Source: Eledone cirrhosa
Taxonomy: Eukaryota
Direction: 5' to 3'
NCBI GenBank assembly: GCA_964016885.1
Contig: OZ024743.1
Location: 185,628,001-185,692,000, forward strand
DNA length: 64,000 nt
Part shown: piece after piece, positions 26,170 through 39,030 of the stretch
Layout: each line of letters opens with the position of its first letter
Position numbering within the stretch: position 1 is the first letter of the stretch
Position numbers and translations under genes: made by a program
The notes under the pieces: generated by a model
Seen by the model: only the letters and a program-made list of their open reading frames with translations
Told to the model about the DNA's origin: nothing
Database searches by the model: none

Positions 26170-27070
26170 TAAAATGTGCGCAGTGCCTACCAAGGCTGAT
26201 TTTTGTATGACACCAATCTTGCACGGTATTCCCAACTGCTTTATGAAGTCTTGGAGTTTCAATCAGATTGATCCTAATACCCTGATCACAACAAGTATCA
26301 CATTCACACTACCCACTCACATTCCAAACAGTCTTGCTATCTCTACTTTTAATACATGATTTTTTTAACCTCTTTACTTGAAATATTCACATCACTTGGT
26401 ATGGCTACATCTATAATCTGACAGTATTTGATTTTTTTAACCTATTTACTCGCAATATTCACATCACTTGGTATGGCTACACCTATGATCTGACAGTATT
26501 TATCTTTCTTGTTCAATACGACAATGTCCGGTCAGTGATACTCAATTACTCTATCAGTTTAGAAATCATAGCCACAGAATACCGTTGCTTTCCCGTCCTC
26601 CTGAATTATTTTACAAAGTACATGCTCATACTAATTCTCTATTACTTTGTATTGATATTTACGACATAAGAGCCAATGAAAGTACAAACAGACTTTATCA
26701 TTGTGCAAGGCTCTCACATTCACTTATCAAGTGGGTTACATTTTCTACATGCTTTCCACAGATTTCTGGTTGTCAGAAGTTTTGTTCATGTCATACTTCA
26801 CTGAATTGGTAGCAAGAACTTGGTCTTGTGCTGCAATTATAAGGCTTTCAGTGGCATGCTTCAAATCACCTTGCTTAAGGCATGTCGGTGGTGTTGTTTT
26901 GTCTTTGATATCCTGTGTATTTCTTTCAAACTACCCCTTCATTCACATTTCCAGAAGATCTTCTTTTCTCTTCTCTTTGGTTACCAACTATTTCATCTGC
27001 ATTTATACCCATATCTTCTGCTGCATATTGTAACAACTCTTTGTCACCAAATATTCTACAAGTGTTCTCC
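26170..27070 (-). pseudogene. R4/Dong-like non-LTR element C-terminus (RLE endonuclease), degenerate
   Basis: Minus strand gives TESLIIAAQDQVLAT (~26850-26808) and PDIVVLNKKDKYCQIIGVAIP (~26530-26470). Confidence 0.7.
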
Positions 27071-27299
27071 TTTCACCTTTTTTGAGGCACAAATTTAGAA
27101 TATAAAAATTAAATGAAAATTAAATATTTGGGCGATATATTCTAAATTTACACCCCAAGGGTGAAAAAGCAAAATTGACCTCGGAAGGATTTGAACTCAG
27201 AAAGTAGGAATGAACACCACAAAGCACTCTATCCAACGTCCTAACCCTAACCCTGCCAATTTACTACCTAAGAGTTTAGATAGCTAACTCAAATATAAC

Positions 27300-27730
27300 T
27301 ACTCACCCTCTACAAAGCTCAGGTGAGATCCACTAGGTCTATGCAGCTGTTGCTTACACTGACATCCTAGACTACATCCAGAGAGAAGCCACTCTGCTAA
27401 TCAACATAAAATCATTGACAAACACTCTCCAGCTTCTGGTACACAGATATGCTGTTTCCTCCTTCTGTCTCTTCTACTGCTACTGCATTGGTCGCTGATT
27501 CTCAGAGTTTGCTGGTCTCATGCTACCTCCACTCAGGCTTTACCGACTCACTTGTTTCTCCTTCTCTCATCACCGATGTTTTGTCTAACTGATAAGCCCT
27601 GCAGTAATCACTTCACCCATTCCTTATTGTCCAAGACATTTCTCTCAGTTTATGTATTTCCCAAAGGAGTTGACTTATAACAGTTGAAGTGAAACATTAA
27701 CAGGATCAATCTCCCTGGTTTTAGAAAGCC
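27300..27730 (+). pseudogene. CR1/Jockey-like LINE 3' remnant
   Basis: TLQLLVHRYAVSSFCLFYCYCIG resembles the L..RR.VA.L.LFYRY C-terminal motif. Confidence 0.45.
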
Positions 27731-27889
27731 TGTGAAAACCATGGACACTGTACCTCCCTCCAGATATACAAAAAAAAACCAAAAAAAAACTGCCCAGGCA
27801 GCCATGATAATAGTATGATAATGTTTTTTTTAGAATTCTGTAATTCACATTATTTTAAATTCTGCTGTTTATCAAAAAAAAAAAAAAAA

Positions 27890-28030
27890 TTGTTTCTACT
27901 TTTAGCATAAGACCAGCAATTACTCCAGTGCATTACTGGTGCTTTATTTCATCAACCCTCTAAGGATGAAAGGCAAAGTTAACCTTGGCGGTATTTGAAC
28001 TCAGAATACAAAGGGCCATTGCTGCAAAGA
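27890..28030 (-). mobile_element. SINE family B fragment
   Basis: GGATGAAAGGCAAAGTTAACCT..GCGG.ATTTGAACTCAG, shared with 29455, 40457 and 44949. Confidence 0.7.
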
Positions 28031-28889
28031 ATGATTTCTGACACACCATTAGAATATATGTTTAATAGACAAAGTAATATAAGACTTAACCTGTTATATT
28101 TTTTTAAAACCAGATTTAAGATATTTGACAACCAAAGGTACAAAAGCCCATGTAGAGAAAAAGTTTATATATTGTCATATACCACAATGACATTCCTTTA
28201 GCCATTAAATTTTTCATTTAAGCTGATTCTTTACCTGAACCCAGCACTATCACTCTTCTCTGCCAAGTTGAACTTATTCATAACCTTAATTTTTTTTACA
28301 TTCTCCGTCGTCTTCTATCAACAAACTATATACTTTGTTCGTGTGTGTGTGTGCGTGTGCGTCTGCATGTGCATACATACATGATGGCTGCCATTTCGTT
28401 ATTGAGTATGGCCACTGCACGAAAAAAAAAACAAAAGAAAAAAACAAAAAAAAAACTATATATATATATATATGAATGTATATATAGTGTATTTTGCAAT
28501 ACACTGTATGCTTAATTAAAAGCATTTCGAAGACCTTACGCTATTGTTTTAGAGTAGTGACAGTCTCACTTACTTTAAATTTTCAGCAAACAGGGGAGAT
28601 AAAGCTGACAGAGCTCTATTTCGTACTTTTTGGTACTTATCAAAGCCAAGTACTCCACCTGTTTGCTGAAAATCATGAAAGTTTGATTCTTATAGAATTC
28701 TAGTAATAATCAGGAACTGATTATACAGAGCAGTTGCCGGTCAAGCAGAAATTGAAAATTAGAATTGGTGCTCTGAAATAGCGATATATATATGAATGTA
28801 TATATAGTGTATTTTGCAACACACTGTATGCTTAATTAAAAGCATTTCGAATGTGGAAAAATGGATGTTGAACAGTGATGATGATGAGG

Positions 28890-29103
28890 ATCTTTTTAAT
28901 ATCTTCAATTTTTTTTCCTTCCCTTCTTCTCACGCCCCCTTTTAATGTTTTCCCACGACTCCCCATCACTCTTTTCCTTCCCACTTTTCTCCTGATGAAG
29001 GGCTTATGCCCGAAACGTCGTCCCCCACCCTCACTCTCAAGCGTGAACCTAATACTAACACTTTGTACTGCACTCTTTATTATTGTTTTTGTTTTCTGTT
29101 TTA

Positions 29104-29110
<7 letters not shown>
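28890..29110 (+). mobile_element. Penelope pLTR-like fragment, same family as 16750-16900
   Basis: Shares GGGCTTATGCCCGAAACGTCGTCCCCCACC...GCGTGAA...TTGTACTGC. Confidence 0.7.
28992..29019 (+). ncRNA. Minimal Penelope-type hammerhead motif
   Basis: CTGATGA-A-GGGC-TTAT-GCCC-GAAA-CG-TC; stem I poorly paired. Confidence 0.65.
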
Positions 29111-29152
<42 letters not shown>

Positions 29153-29301
29153 CAAATCTGGGTGATCAGTGGGCCTGCTAATATGCAGATCTGACTGATC
29201 AGGCCGGCTACTAATATGCAAATCAGGCCGATCAGTCACTGTATATTTTAGAAATTATCATATATTTTCACTAGCTCTGACAGTTGGCAGGTAAGCAGCA
29301 T

Positions 29302-29348
29302 ACTGCACTGATGAAGGATAACCATCCAGAAACATGAGGGTCTGCAGT
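29302..29348 (+). ncRNA. Type I hammerhead ribozyme
   Basis: ACTGCA-CTGATGA-A-GGAT-AACC-ATCC-A-GAAAC-ATGAGG-GTC-TGCAGT; perfect 6-bp stem I, GUC site. Confidence 0.8.
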
Positions 29349-29454
29349 TCTGTTTACATGCCAGCACAAGAGCAAGAATGATGGGGTCATTCTACTGTCA
29401 TGGCTTTAAATAGGCTGTTTGCATAATTGCAAATGAATCGAATATTATTATTGT

Positions 29455-29670
29455 GGATTGGCAGTATCGGTAGAGGGTCGGACACCATGCTTTGCAGCAT
29501 AGAGTTACGGGACTTTATGATCTGTGTTCAAATCCCGTCGAGGTTAACTTTGCCTTTCATCCTTATGGGGTTGATAAAATAAAACACCAGTAACATACTG
29601 GGGTTGATTTAATCGACTTTCCCCTCTCCCCAAATTACTGGCCTTGTGCCTATACTAGAAATCATTATTA
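29455..29670 (+). mobile_element. SINE family B
   Basis: A-box-like TGGCAGTATCGG, B-box GTTCAAATCC, then GTTAACTTTGCCTTTCATCC core. Confidence 0.8.
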
Positions 29671-29728
29671 ATATTCGAAAAACTCAGATTACATTCATTG
29701 TAAACCATAACAGCAATAAGGCATTTGT

Positions 29729-29821
<93 letters not shown>

Positions 29822-29997
29822 ATACACACATATATATATACACATATATAAGCAATGAGTTATTTAATTTGTTGGTTATTCAACAAATTTAGTTTATAAC
29901 AGATTCGAAGCACTCTACAATTTTCTTCCGGAGTATAATATCAATAATATTAATAAATGGAAACTATCTTTATTAAACCATATTTATTTTATTATAT

Positions 29998-30723
<726 letters not shown>

Positions 30724-30833
30724 ATTTAAAGGGTACCAACATTCTTGGTACGCTCTCATCAGATAAAATATAAAAGTTGTTTTACAAATAGTGACATATT
30801 CAAATAAAAAACTTATCGTTTTAAGTTCCGTAT

Positions 30834-31178
30834 GGAGGCACATGGCTTAGTGGTTAGAGAATTGGCCTTGAAATCGAAAGGTTGTGAGTTCAATTCTCAG
30901 ACCGTGTGATGTGTTGTTTCCTTGAGCAAGACACTTTATTTCACATTGCTCCAGTTTACTCAGCTGTAGAAATGAGATGATAGGGACTGGAGTCCATATC
31001 ATTCCACTGCAAAGTGGCCGTGGAGGTGTCACAGCAAAAAAGCACCCAGCACTCACTGTAAATGAGGTTGGTGTTAGGAAGGTCATCCAGCTGTAGAAAT
31101 CAAGCCAGAATCAGTTCCTGTCCCACCCTTGCAAGCAGGGAAAAGCGGACGTAAAAAGATGATGATGATGATGATGAT
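30834..31178 (+). mobile_element. Full-length tRNA-derived SINE family A (CORE-like body, RTE-type tail)
   Basis: A box TGGCTTAGTGG (30843), B box GAGTTCAATTC (30886), CCTTGAGCAAGACACTT core, (GAT)n tail. Confidence 0.88.
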
Positions 31179-31200
31179 ATATACATATACATGTATATGT

Positions 31201-32592
31201 ATCATCATCATCAACGTTTAACGTCCGTGTTCCACGCTTGCATGGGTTTGGACGGGGGTATTCCCACTTGAGGCAAGAGTGATTGTCTTGCTCACATAGG
31301 ACTGTCTGGCAGGTTTTCTACAGTTGGATGCCCTTCCTAACACCAACCACATTTACAGTGTGGGACTGGGAGGTTTTTACCGTGTTGCCTACACGGCCAC
31401 ATTACAGCGTGGACTGTGTGTTTTTTTGTCGTGACACCTACACGATCTCATTTGTTTCGGCCTGGATGTTGTGGCACCAACATAACTTTACATAGGAGGG
31501 GGTGGTGTGGATGGGGGTGGTGGGACAGGGTTGTTAGAGATGCCTACTGGCTGTAGTAGGTTTTACTATGTATTTAGGTAAGGCGGGTCTTCTCTATTAC
31601 TGAGTACCGCCAAAGGTCTCGGTCCAGTGACATTGTCTTGGAGAGGTGTAAGTGTGTGAGGTCGGAGTTTATCAGCTCGTCCCAGGATTTTCTAGGTCTG
31701 CCTATTCCGTGGCTACCGTCTATCTTTATTGCCCTGCACTTTGTTATACAGCTATCGACTTTCATGCGCATCACGTGTCCGTACCAACGTAGCCTTCTCT
31801 CGAGTAAACAACATCTGATCCCTCTTATTTCTAATTTTTTCCTTAGTTCGTTTATGCTTTGCCGTTCACGTATATTACTATTACACATCCAGCGGAGCAT
31901 GCAAGCTTCGTTCCTCTCTAGTCTGCGTATATCCTCTGCGCACAATGCCCAGGTCTCACTGCCATGCAACATTGCTGTTCGTATGCAGGCATCATACAAC
32001 CTGCCTTTCATTTTTAGGGAGAACCCTTTAGCGGCTAATAGTGGTATAAGCTCTCTGAACTTTTTCCATCCAGTTCTGACTCTAGCTACTGTACTTTCGG
32101 AGCACCCTCCCCCACTGCTGATTTTGTCACCCAGGTAACAGAAGCTGTCCACTATTTCTATAGAGCCCTCTGCGCAATTGAAAGAGTTAGTATTTTGTGG
32201 GCACTCGCTGCTACTTATTGCACCAGAGCACCGCCCACATGTAAAATCTAAGTTCTTAGTTAGCTTACCTGTGATCCCACTACATCTTTTATGCACCCAT
32301 ACTTTGCATTTGGGACATAAAATGGAGTTTCTACCTACGCCTTTCCTACACACTGAGCATGGCCATTTCCCGGAAGGGACCGGCGCCTTATTTTCTTTCC
32401 TACAAACTAGAACTTTAGTCTTAGCCAGGTTAATTTTAAGGCCTTTTGATTCTAGGCCGTGCTTCCATGTTTGGAATTTCTTCTCTAGCTCGGCCATTGA
32501 TTCAGCTATGAGTGTCAGGTCGTCTGCGTATAGGAGTTCCCATGGGCAGCCGGTCTTGAACTCCTCTGTTATAGCCTGAAGGGCAATAATAA
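31201..32592 (-). mobile_element. RTE LINE, 5'-truncated within RT, with open C-terminal frame
   Basis: CPWELLYADDL upstream of the 307-aa ORF 31574-32497 (INLAKTKV, CSVC, FCYLGD, RRLRWYGHVMRM); (GAT)n tail. Confidence 0.93.
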
Positions 32593-33250
32593 ATAGTATA
32601 TATATGTATATATATAATAATAAATAGTATATATATGTATATATATAACAAATGGTTTATCCCATCCTTGCAAGCAGGGGAAAGCGGACGTAAAATGTTG
32701 ATGATGATGATGATATATATATATATATATACCTTTACTCATGCTAGCTGGGAAAATGGGCGTAAAACAATGATGATGATATATATATATGTATGTATGT
32801 ATATATGTATGTATATATGTATGTATATATGTATGTTTGTTTGTGTGTATACAAGTGTTAAACTAACATATTTCTTCATTATACTGTTGTTTGCTTTGTT
32901 ATTTCTGGTTACTTTTAGCATACACACACATTCACACACACACACATACACTCACACACTCATGTATACTCTGTGTGTGTGTATGTGGGTGCTTCTTTTT
33001 ATCAATCCTCACCAAATATTCTACTGTCCTTGACAATGTACAGAAAATAATATATTACTCATCATCACAGATTGTAGACTGCCAACATGACGAAACAAAA
33101 ATATTAAACCTGAAAGATCATCCTTGTTTTCCACCTTGTTGGAAATCCTCTTTTGTTGTTTCAGTTTTTAAGAACTTTGGGGAACCGTCTGGTCCTTCCA
33201 ACTATCACACTATTAGTCTTCTACCTCTTTTTGGCACAGTATCTAAGGCC

Positions 33251-33482
33251 TTAACCCTTTAACATTTACATTACACTATATGTACTATTGTATTTTTGAG
33301 GTAAAGGCTTTAATTATCTTACATAATTATCTCACATAATATCGAATCTATGAGATTTTGATATTATTTATTTTGAGAACAATACCTTAATTTCAGTATG
33401 AGCAGCCAGTTACAGCTGGTTTGACAGAAAGAGGTGAGAGAATTCTGGCCGGATATAGCCCGTTTAAATGCTAAAGGGTTAA
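33251..33482. mobile_element. piggyBac-type MITE (TTAA TSD)
   Basis: TTAA-CCCTTTA.CATTTA...TAAATGCTAAAGGG-TTAA. Confidence 0.85.
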
Positions 33483-33801
33483 TCAATTCTGAATTGGTTA
33501 AACACCATACCTCATTGGGTCTTTTATCAGGTAAACAATGTGGCTTCTGTTTCTCATGATCAGTTGCTGTTTTAACAGTTATTGCTAAAATAGAAAGCTT
33601 TGCTTTGGATACATTTGGTGAAGCTAGGATTGTTGCTTTATATATTTCTAAGGCTTTTGATAGGGTTTGACATACTTGTCTTCTTCATAAGTTAAGGAGT
33701 GTGGTGTTTCTGGTTATGAATTTTCAAACTTATTGAGTCTTTCTTATCAAATCGTGAACTGAATATTGTCTTCAATGACCAGTTTTCAAGGTCTTTTCAC
33801 A

Positions 33802-34007
33802 TTAACCCTTTAGAATTTAAACCAGTCTTATCTGGCCAGAATTCTCTTACATCTTCCTGTTCAAACCAGCTGCTCATACTGACTTCAAGGTATTGTTCTC
33901 AAAATAAATAACATCAAAATCTCGTAGATTTGATATTATGTGAGATAAAGCCTTTACCACAAAAATACAATAGTATATATAGAGTAATGTAAATGTTAAA
34001 GGGTTAA
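33802..34007. mobile_element. piggyBac-type MITE (TTAA TSD)
   Basis: Same family in the opposite orientation; removing it with one TTAA restores the RT frame HINAGV. Confidence 0.88.
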
Positions 34008-34499
34008 TGCAGGTGTCCTTCAGGGCTCTCTCTTGAGTCCTATACTGTTCTTAATTTTTGATGATATACTTTCTCAGCCTGGCATTTATGCTGATGACAC
34101 AACTCTTTATTCTCATCTTAATGGTAAGGTTGATATGTTTAATAACTTGCAGGACATCTTTTCCAACTTGTTTCTGTCTACGCATATATTTTCCCCTGAC
34201 AAACTGTTGTGGCGAGTATTCTTTTTCTACTTTCAAGCATGTGAATAACTATTTATGTTCTATACTGAATGATGAAAAACTAAACAATCTAGCTCTGATA
34301 CACGTGGAATCATTTGTGGTTCAGAAAATTGATTTCTGTCCTGCTCTTGATCAGTTTGTTGACTGAATTACGAGGAAAGATTTTAATTGAAGATGGCTTT
34401 TTCTTTTTGTATGAGTTCACTGTAAAAAGTATTTTAAAATTGACCTCACATAATTAACACATAATAATCAATAAATAACCTTTCACTGTATATTGTTAA

Positions 34500-34625
34500 A
34501 TTTTCTATTGGATAATTTATTGTTCCTGCAATTCTTGCACTTAATTCAGCCTCCTGCCTTCCATCACTTGTGAACATAGCCCTGAGATATTTGAACTTCT
34601 CCATCTGCTTCAGTGGAACTTCACT
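34500..34625 (-). pseudogene. RTE-like fragment
   Basis: LKQMEKFKYLRAMFTSDGRQEAELSARIA. Confidence 0.55.
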
Positions 34626-35359
34626 CATATGTAGAGTGCACTGCGCAGGCTTCCTTGAGTGGACAAATGTCTCAGTCTATGTGAGAGCTGGTGTAGTAAT
34701 GTGCATTCAGTAATCAGATAGGAGGTAGGTGGGAGAATAATAATAATAATAATAAGAAGAAGAAGTTCTAAAAAGACATTACCCTGTCCTACTACACTGT
34801 AGGCCAACCTGGGAGTGTTTTGTTTGTTTGACTAATACTGAGAACAATAACAACTCTATAAAATATGTTTTAGTCGATCAAGGAGCTCGTGTCATTGAAT
34901 CAAACTGGCAGCATTTCAGTTCCTTCACCCCTCCCTACCTGTCATTACACTCACAAAAAGAAACACCATATTGTCATGTGTTGTTTGAGGAGGATATAAT
35001 TGTTATTTCAACTAACAATATTGCCTCGTGGGGGCTTTGTATTTTGTTTTGTCTAGGTGAGAAATTATTTGCTATACAGATGCAATGTTTCAACTTTATA
35101 GTGAACTAGCTGAATTACCCGGCGTTGCCTGGGTTACTGCTGTTCTTATTCAGATTAGTAAATAATAAATATGAAGATATGCTTTTTTTTCTCATAATCA
35201 TTTCAAAATATCTATATTCTATGAAAAAATATCAAAATTGTAATGGTAATAGTATTTAGAAAATCTGTCAATCTTGAAGGACCTTAGGGTTTTAGTGAGT
35301 TGGTCCCAGACTTACTTACTCCAATAAGTACCACCGGATCCCAACTACTAATTTTAATA

Positions 35360-35988
35360 GGAATTCCAGTGAAGCTGTACCAAACACGCATTTAGCTGGG
35401 TTGATTCTGACTTGGTACGATCGAAGACGTTGAAATAACTGGGATAGATGTTGATGATGTTCAACTGTGTCACTGCTATCAGGAGATCATCCACGTAAAC
35501 AAACACGAAATCCAATCCACGCGTGATTTAAATGAGATGTGAGTTAACTCGGGAAAGGAGGCAAGAAGTGAATGAAACTGGTTTCCAGAGGCAGCTATAA
35601 AAAATGAGGGACTTATGACAGTAGCAGTAGACCTACGAGCAGGCGTAGATAAAGATGTGGTACCATCCACAAGTTTCTGTCTCCTGACATCTACCAACAG
35701 TGAATAATGGTGTAAAAATTCGGCACTGAGAATAGGATGAGGTAGGGCCGCAATGACGAAAATCCATTTGAAATCCCGACGCAAAGCTAAATCCAACGAT
35801 AAAGATATTTGACCATATAAAGAAATGCCGGAAAAATTTGGCTTGGTAGAGCTGAACTGTAAAGGCCAAATACTGCAACTAGATCTTGTGTCCACCATAA
35901 ATGATCTGTTTGAGATTCGGTCTCTGATAAAGAAAGCACGATAAGGTGAATTAATGAGGGAGAGGTCTGCCGTGCCCAGACTCTCCAA
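35360..35988 (-). pseudogene. pol: Gypsy pol remnant (aspartic protease plus RT fragment)
   Basis: FMVDTRSS (DTG mutated), PILSAEFL; after a deletion, RGLDFVFVYVDDLLIA...INPAKCVFG. Confidence 0.85.
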
Positions 35989-35990
35989 TT

Positions 35991-36764
35991 TCAGTTTTCC
36001 GACGTCTCGAAAGAGCAGGGCTGAATACAGTGTTTCGCCTTTTCACGAAAATGCATGTGATACCAACACAAAGACGAGTTGTTGGCGGGGAAGTTGGCGC
36101 GACGATGAAGAGAAGGAGACCATCTTCGTGAACGCCACCTAGATGGCGTTCGCTCCTGACACAGTTTAGCTACTTGATGAGTTAACGCATCAATGGCTCT
36201 CAACATTGAGTCCTCACGAGGTGAAGCAGGCTGGGTTTTGAAAGCAGAAGAAGCGACGACTGAATCTGCCAAAGTAGGCACATGAGAAAATTCCATAATG
36301 CGGTCCGCCGAGGCTGCAATTTGTTCCAGAGAACTGGTGTCGACCATATTTGCCAATATGGTCTGCACATCTGTGGGCAAACGGGAGAAGAATAATTGTT
36401 TCACGAAAGAGTTGTCCTCTGCTGTTGTGTCACTCAGTTCCCGGATGTGCCGTAAAAACTGAGATGGGGTTCTGACTCCCAGGTTTTCTCCTTCCAACAA
36501 GGAATGAAATCTGCTCTCAGACGAGCGGTTGTTCCGTCTGAGCACTTCTGCCTTTAGGGTTTCGTAAGATGTGCCTTGTGGAGGATCTGTAATTATGTCT
36601 TTAACTGAGGTTGCTAGCGAAGCAGGAATTCCACTTATAAGCACATGTAATCTTTGTTGTGTCACTTGAACACCGTGGGCAGCAAAATACGAGTCCAGTT
36701 GGGCAAACCACAACTTTGCATCACCAGAATATGCCGGTAACGAAGAATTGCTCATGGTGAACAC
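35991..36764 (-). CDS. gag: Gypsy Gag-like protein (257 aa, open)
   Basis: LPAYSGDAKLWFAQLDSYF N-terminus, TPSQFLR, FFSRLP, C-terminal CWYH..F.EKAKHCIQPC knuckle. Confidence 0.85.
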   Translation of the reverse strand: MFTMSNSSLPAYSGDAKLWFAQLDSYFAAHGVQVTQQRLHVLISGIPASLATSVKDIITDPPQGTSYETLKAEVLRRNNRSSESRFHSLLEGENLGVRTPSQFLRHIRELSDTTAEDNSFVKQLFFSRLPTDVQTILANMVDTSSLEQIAASADRIMEFSHVPTLADSVVASSAFKTQPASPREDSMLRAIDALTHQVAKLCQERTPSRWRSRRWSPSLHRRANFPANNSSLCWYHMHFREKAKHCIQPCSFETSEN

Positions 36765-37190
36765 AGTAGACGCTGAGCGAAATTTTTTTTCTCAACTACC
36801 GCACACGTGGTAGTACCATGAATAGCTGAAGTAAAAATATAGCACCGAGCAAGTAAGATGGCGACTTCAAAAAAAAGAAAGCTTGGTTGAACCGACGACA
36901 CGAGGGACAACATTTTAAAAAATTTTTTTTTCTCCTATTTTGGTGAAATATCACGCTGTCAACATGGCGATTTGCTTCTTCAATTTTTTTTTTGTTCGCC
37001 CCACACAGACTGACTGAAATAAAACAAACTTCCTAGAGTCGAGAACAATTCTTTTCTGTGTCGTTGTTGAGGTCACCATTTTAGTGAGTTGTTTAGCAAT
37101 AGTTTGTGTAGCAATAAATTGTAATAGTGTATGAAAATATTTGTCACTACTTTTAGGCGAGGGTGAATCTATGGATTTGTTTTGCTGCGC

Positions 37191-37205
37191 GTTCGGGGTC
37201 ACCAT
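37191..37205 (-). promoter_or_regulatory. Primer-binding site, tRNA-Trp-like
   Basis: TGGTGACCCCGA directly after the repeat; complementary to the eukaryotic tRNA-Trp 3' end (TCGGGGTCACCA). Confidence 0.75.
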
Positions 37206-38790
37206 TTTAGTGAGTTGGTCCCAGGGTTACTTACTCCAGTAAGTACCACCGGATCCCAACTACTAATTTTAATAGATATAGAAGAACTTTCATACAAGAA
37301 GATATACAAGATATAAAGAAGATATAGAAGAAATTTCATACAATTTCTTTTTTTGTGAGAATTATCTCTCTCTACATTCGAAGTAATAACTGAGGCATGA
37401 AGTGTTTCTTAAAATGAGTATCAAAATAATTTGCATTTATTGTAGTCTGTGTATTACAAATGTGGTATCAAACGTACCTCGTGACATGATATGGTGTAAT
37501 CCTGGAATACAAGATAGGATTAGAAAAAGCTTAACATATTTGCGCTTGATGTGGTCAGTTTGAGAGCTTGCCGCCAAAAAGAGGAAGATCGCTTTTTTGC
37601 TCTATCTTTTATAATCCCTGGAATGGAAGTTTAAGAAAATTTCTAGAAATTCAACGGGAAGTAACTCTAGCTACGTCCCTTGTCTAGAGAGCGCTGCAGG
37701 GTAAACAATATTCATTGTATAATTTTCTGTTGGTGTCCAAATCAATAAATTGTTGCTACACACTCACACTCATACACTCTCACATACATATACTAAGACA
37801 GACGACACACACAGACATACATTCACGCAGACACACGCATAGCTTTTCACCTCCCTTTTTTGCCAGTTGCCACATATGTATATGTATGTGTAATGTGTGT
37901 GTAACGTACCTAATGAACGTGCACACACATACTCACAGACACATGATATTCATTTACAAAATGTGACGTGGTTGTGTTGTTTTCTATTGTTTTAATCCAA
38001 ATGAAAACAAAAATTATCACACATACACTCACACACACATACACTCACATACATATATTAAGACAGACACACAGAAACATACATTCACGCACACCTATTA
38101 CATGTCTGTCACCACATATGTATCTGTATGTATAGATATGTGTGTGTGTTTAATTGTCCCTGTGTGAAGATAATATGTATGGGTAGATGTGAGTGTGTTT
38201 AATTCTCTGAGACCTAATGTACGTAACGAACTCGCAAACACACACAGACTCACAGACACATACATACTCATACAAAATGTGATGTAGTAGTGGTGGTGGT
38301 GGTGGTGGTGGTTTAGTATAGTTGACTTTGACTATAGAAAGATTATTTTAGATAAAATGTTATATTGTTTTAATCTAAATGAAAATAAAAATTACATGTT
38401 GACACTCCCGAGGTCGAATACTATTATTTTGTAAAATTTGATTTGATTTGGTTGAGCCATTTGAGAATGCATAGGAACAGACAGACAGGCAGACAAAGAA
38501 TCTTATATATAGAGAGATTAAGGAACGACGGTGCTTGGTTATTTCATCGTCTTAGTCTCGCTATCACCCGAGGCAATGCCGCGAGTGTTTTGACTTGCCT
38601 CAAAAGTTATTAGAGGGGAAACTCCAATGCCCCTTGTTGCGGTGTGTGTAACTAAGTGTTCATGTTTTTCCCCACACCTCTCTCTATCCCCCTCTCTGTT
38701 ATTTTAGATTTAAAAGAAACATCACAAAATGTGAATGCGTATTTGATTTGAATTTATTTTAATTTTATATAAAATCATTTTTATTTTATA

Positions 38791-38986
38791 CAAGACCACC
38801 CGTGACCCGTTGGGTCATGTTCACCTCAAAATATTTTAAAAAAATCATGTTCACTTAAAAATAATTTTTAAATAATTAAAATATACAGACATGTATATAA
38901 TGTGAAATGAAACTGGAAGGCCCATATATATACATATGTGTATGTATGTATATAAATGTGTGTGTGTGTATATATATGTATGGGTG

Positions 38987-39030
<44 letters not shown>

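Larger units (their letters stand above)
33105..34155 (+). pseudogene. CR1/Jockey-like RT fragment interrupted by two MITEs
   Basis: WKSSFVVSVFK...NYHTISLL; ISKAFDRV; HINAGVLQGSLLSPILFL; IYADDTTL. Confidence 0.8.
35290..37274 (-). mobile_element. Internally deleted Gypsy/Ty3 LTR retrotransposon
   Basis: 70-bp direct repeats (35290-35359, 37205-37274), PBS, gag, protease and a YVDD RT fragment; no RNase H or integrase. Confidence 0.88.
35106..38517 (+). mobile_element. Helentron/DINE-like element(s) enclosing the Gypsy remnant
   Basis: 5' CTAGCTGAATTACCCGGCGTTGCCTGGG; 3' AAAATTTG...GGTTGAGCCATTTGAGA...ACAGACAGAC...TATATAGA; whether this is one continuous element is uncertain. Confidence 0.45.
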
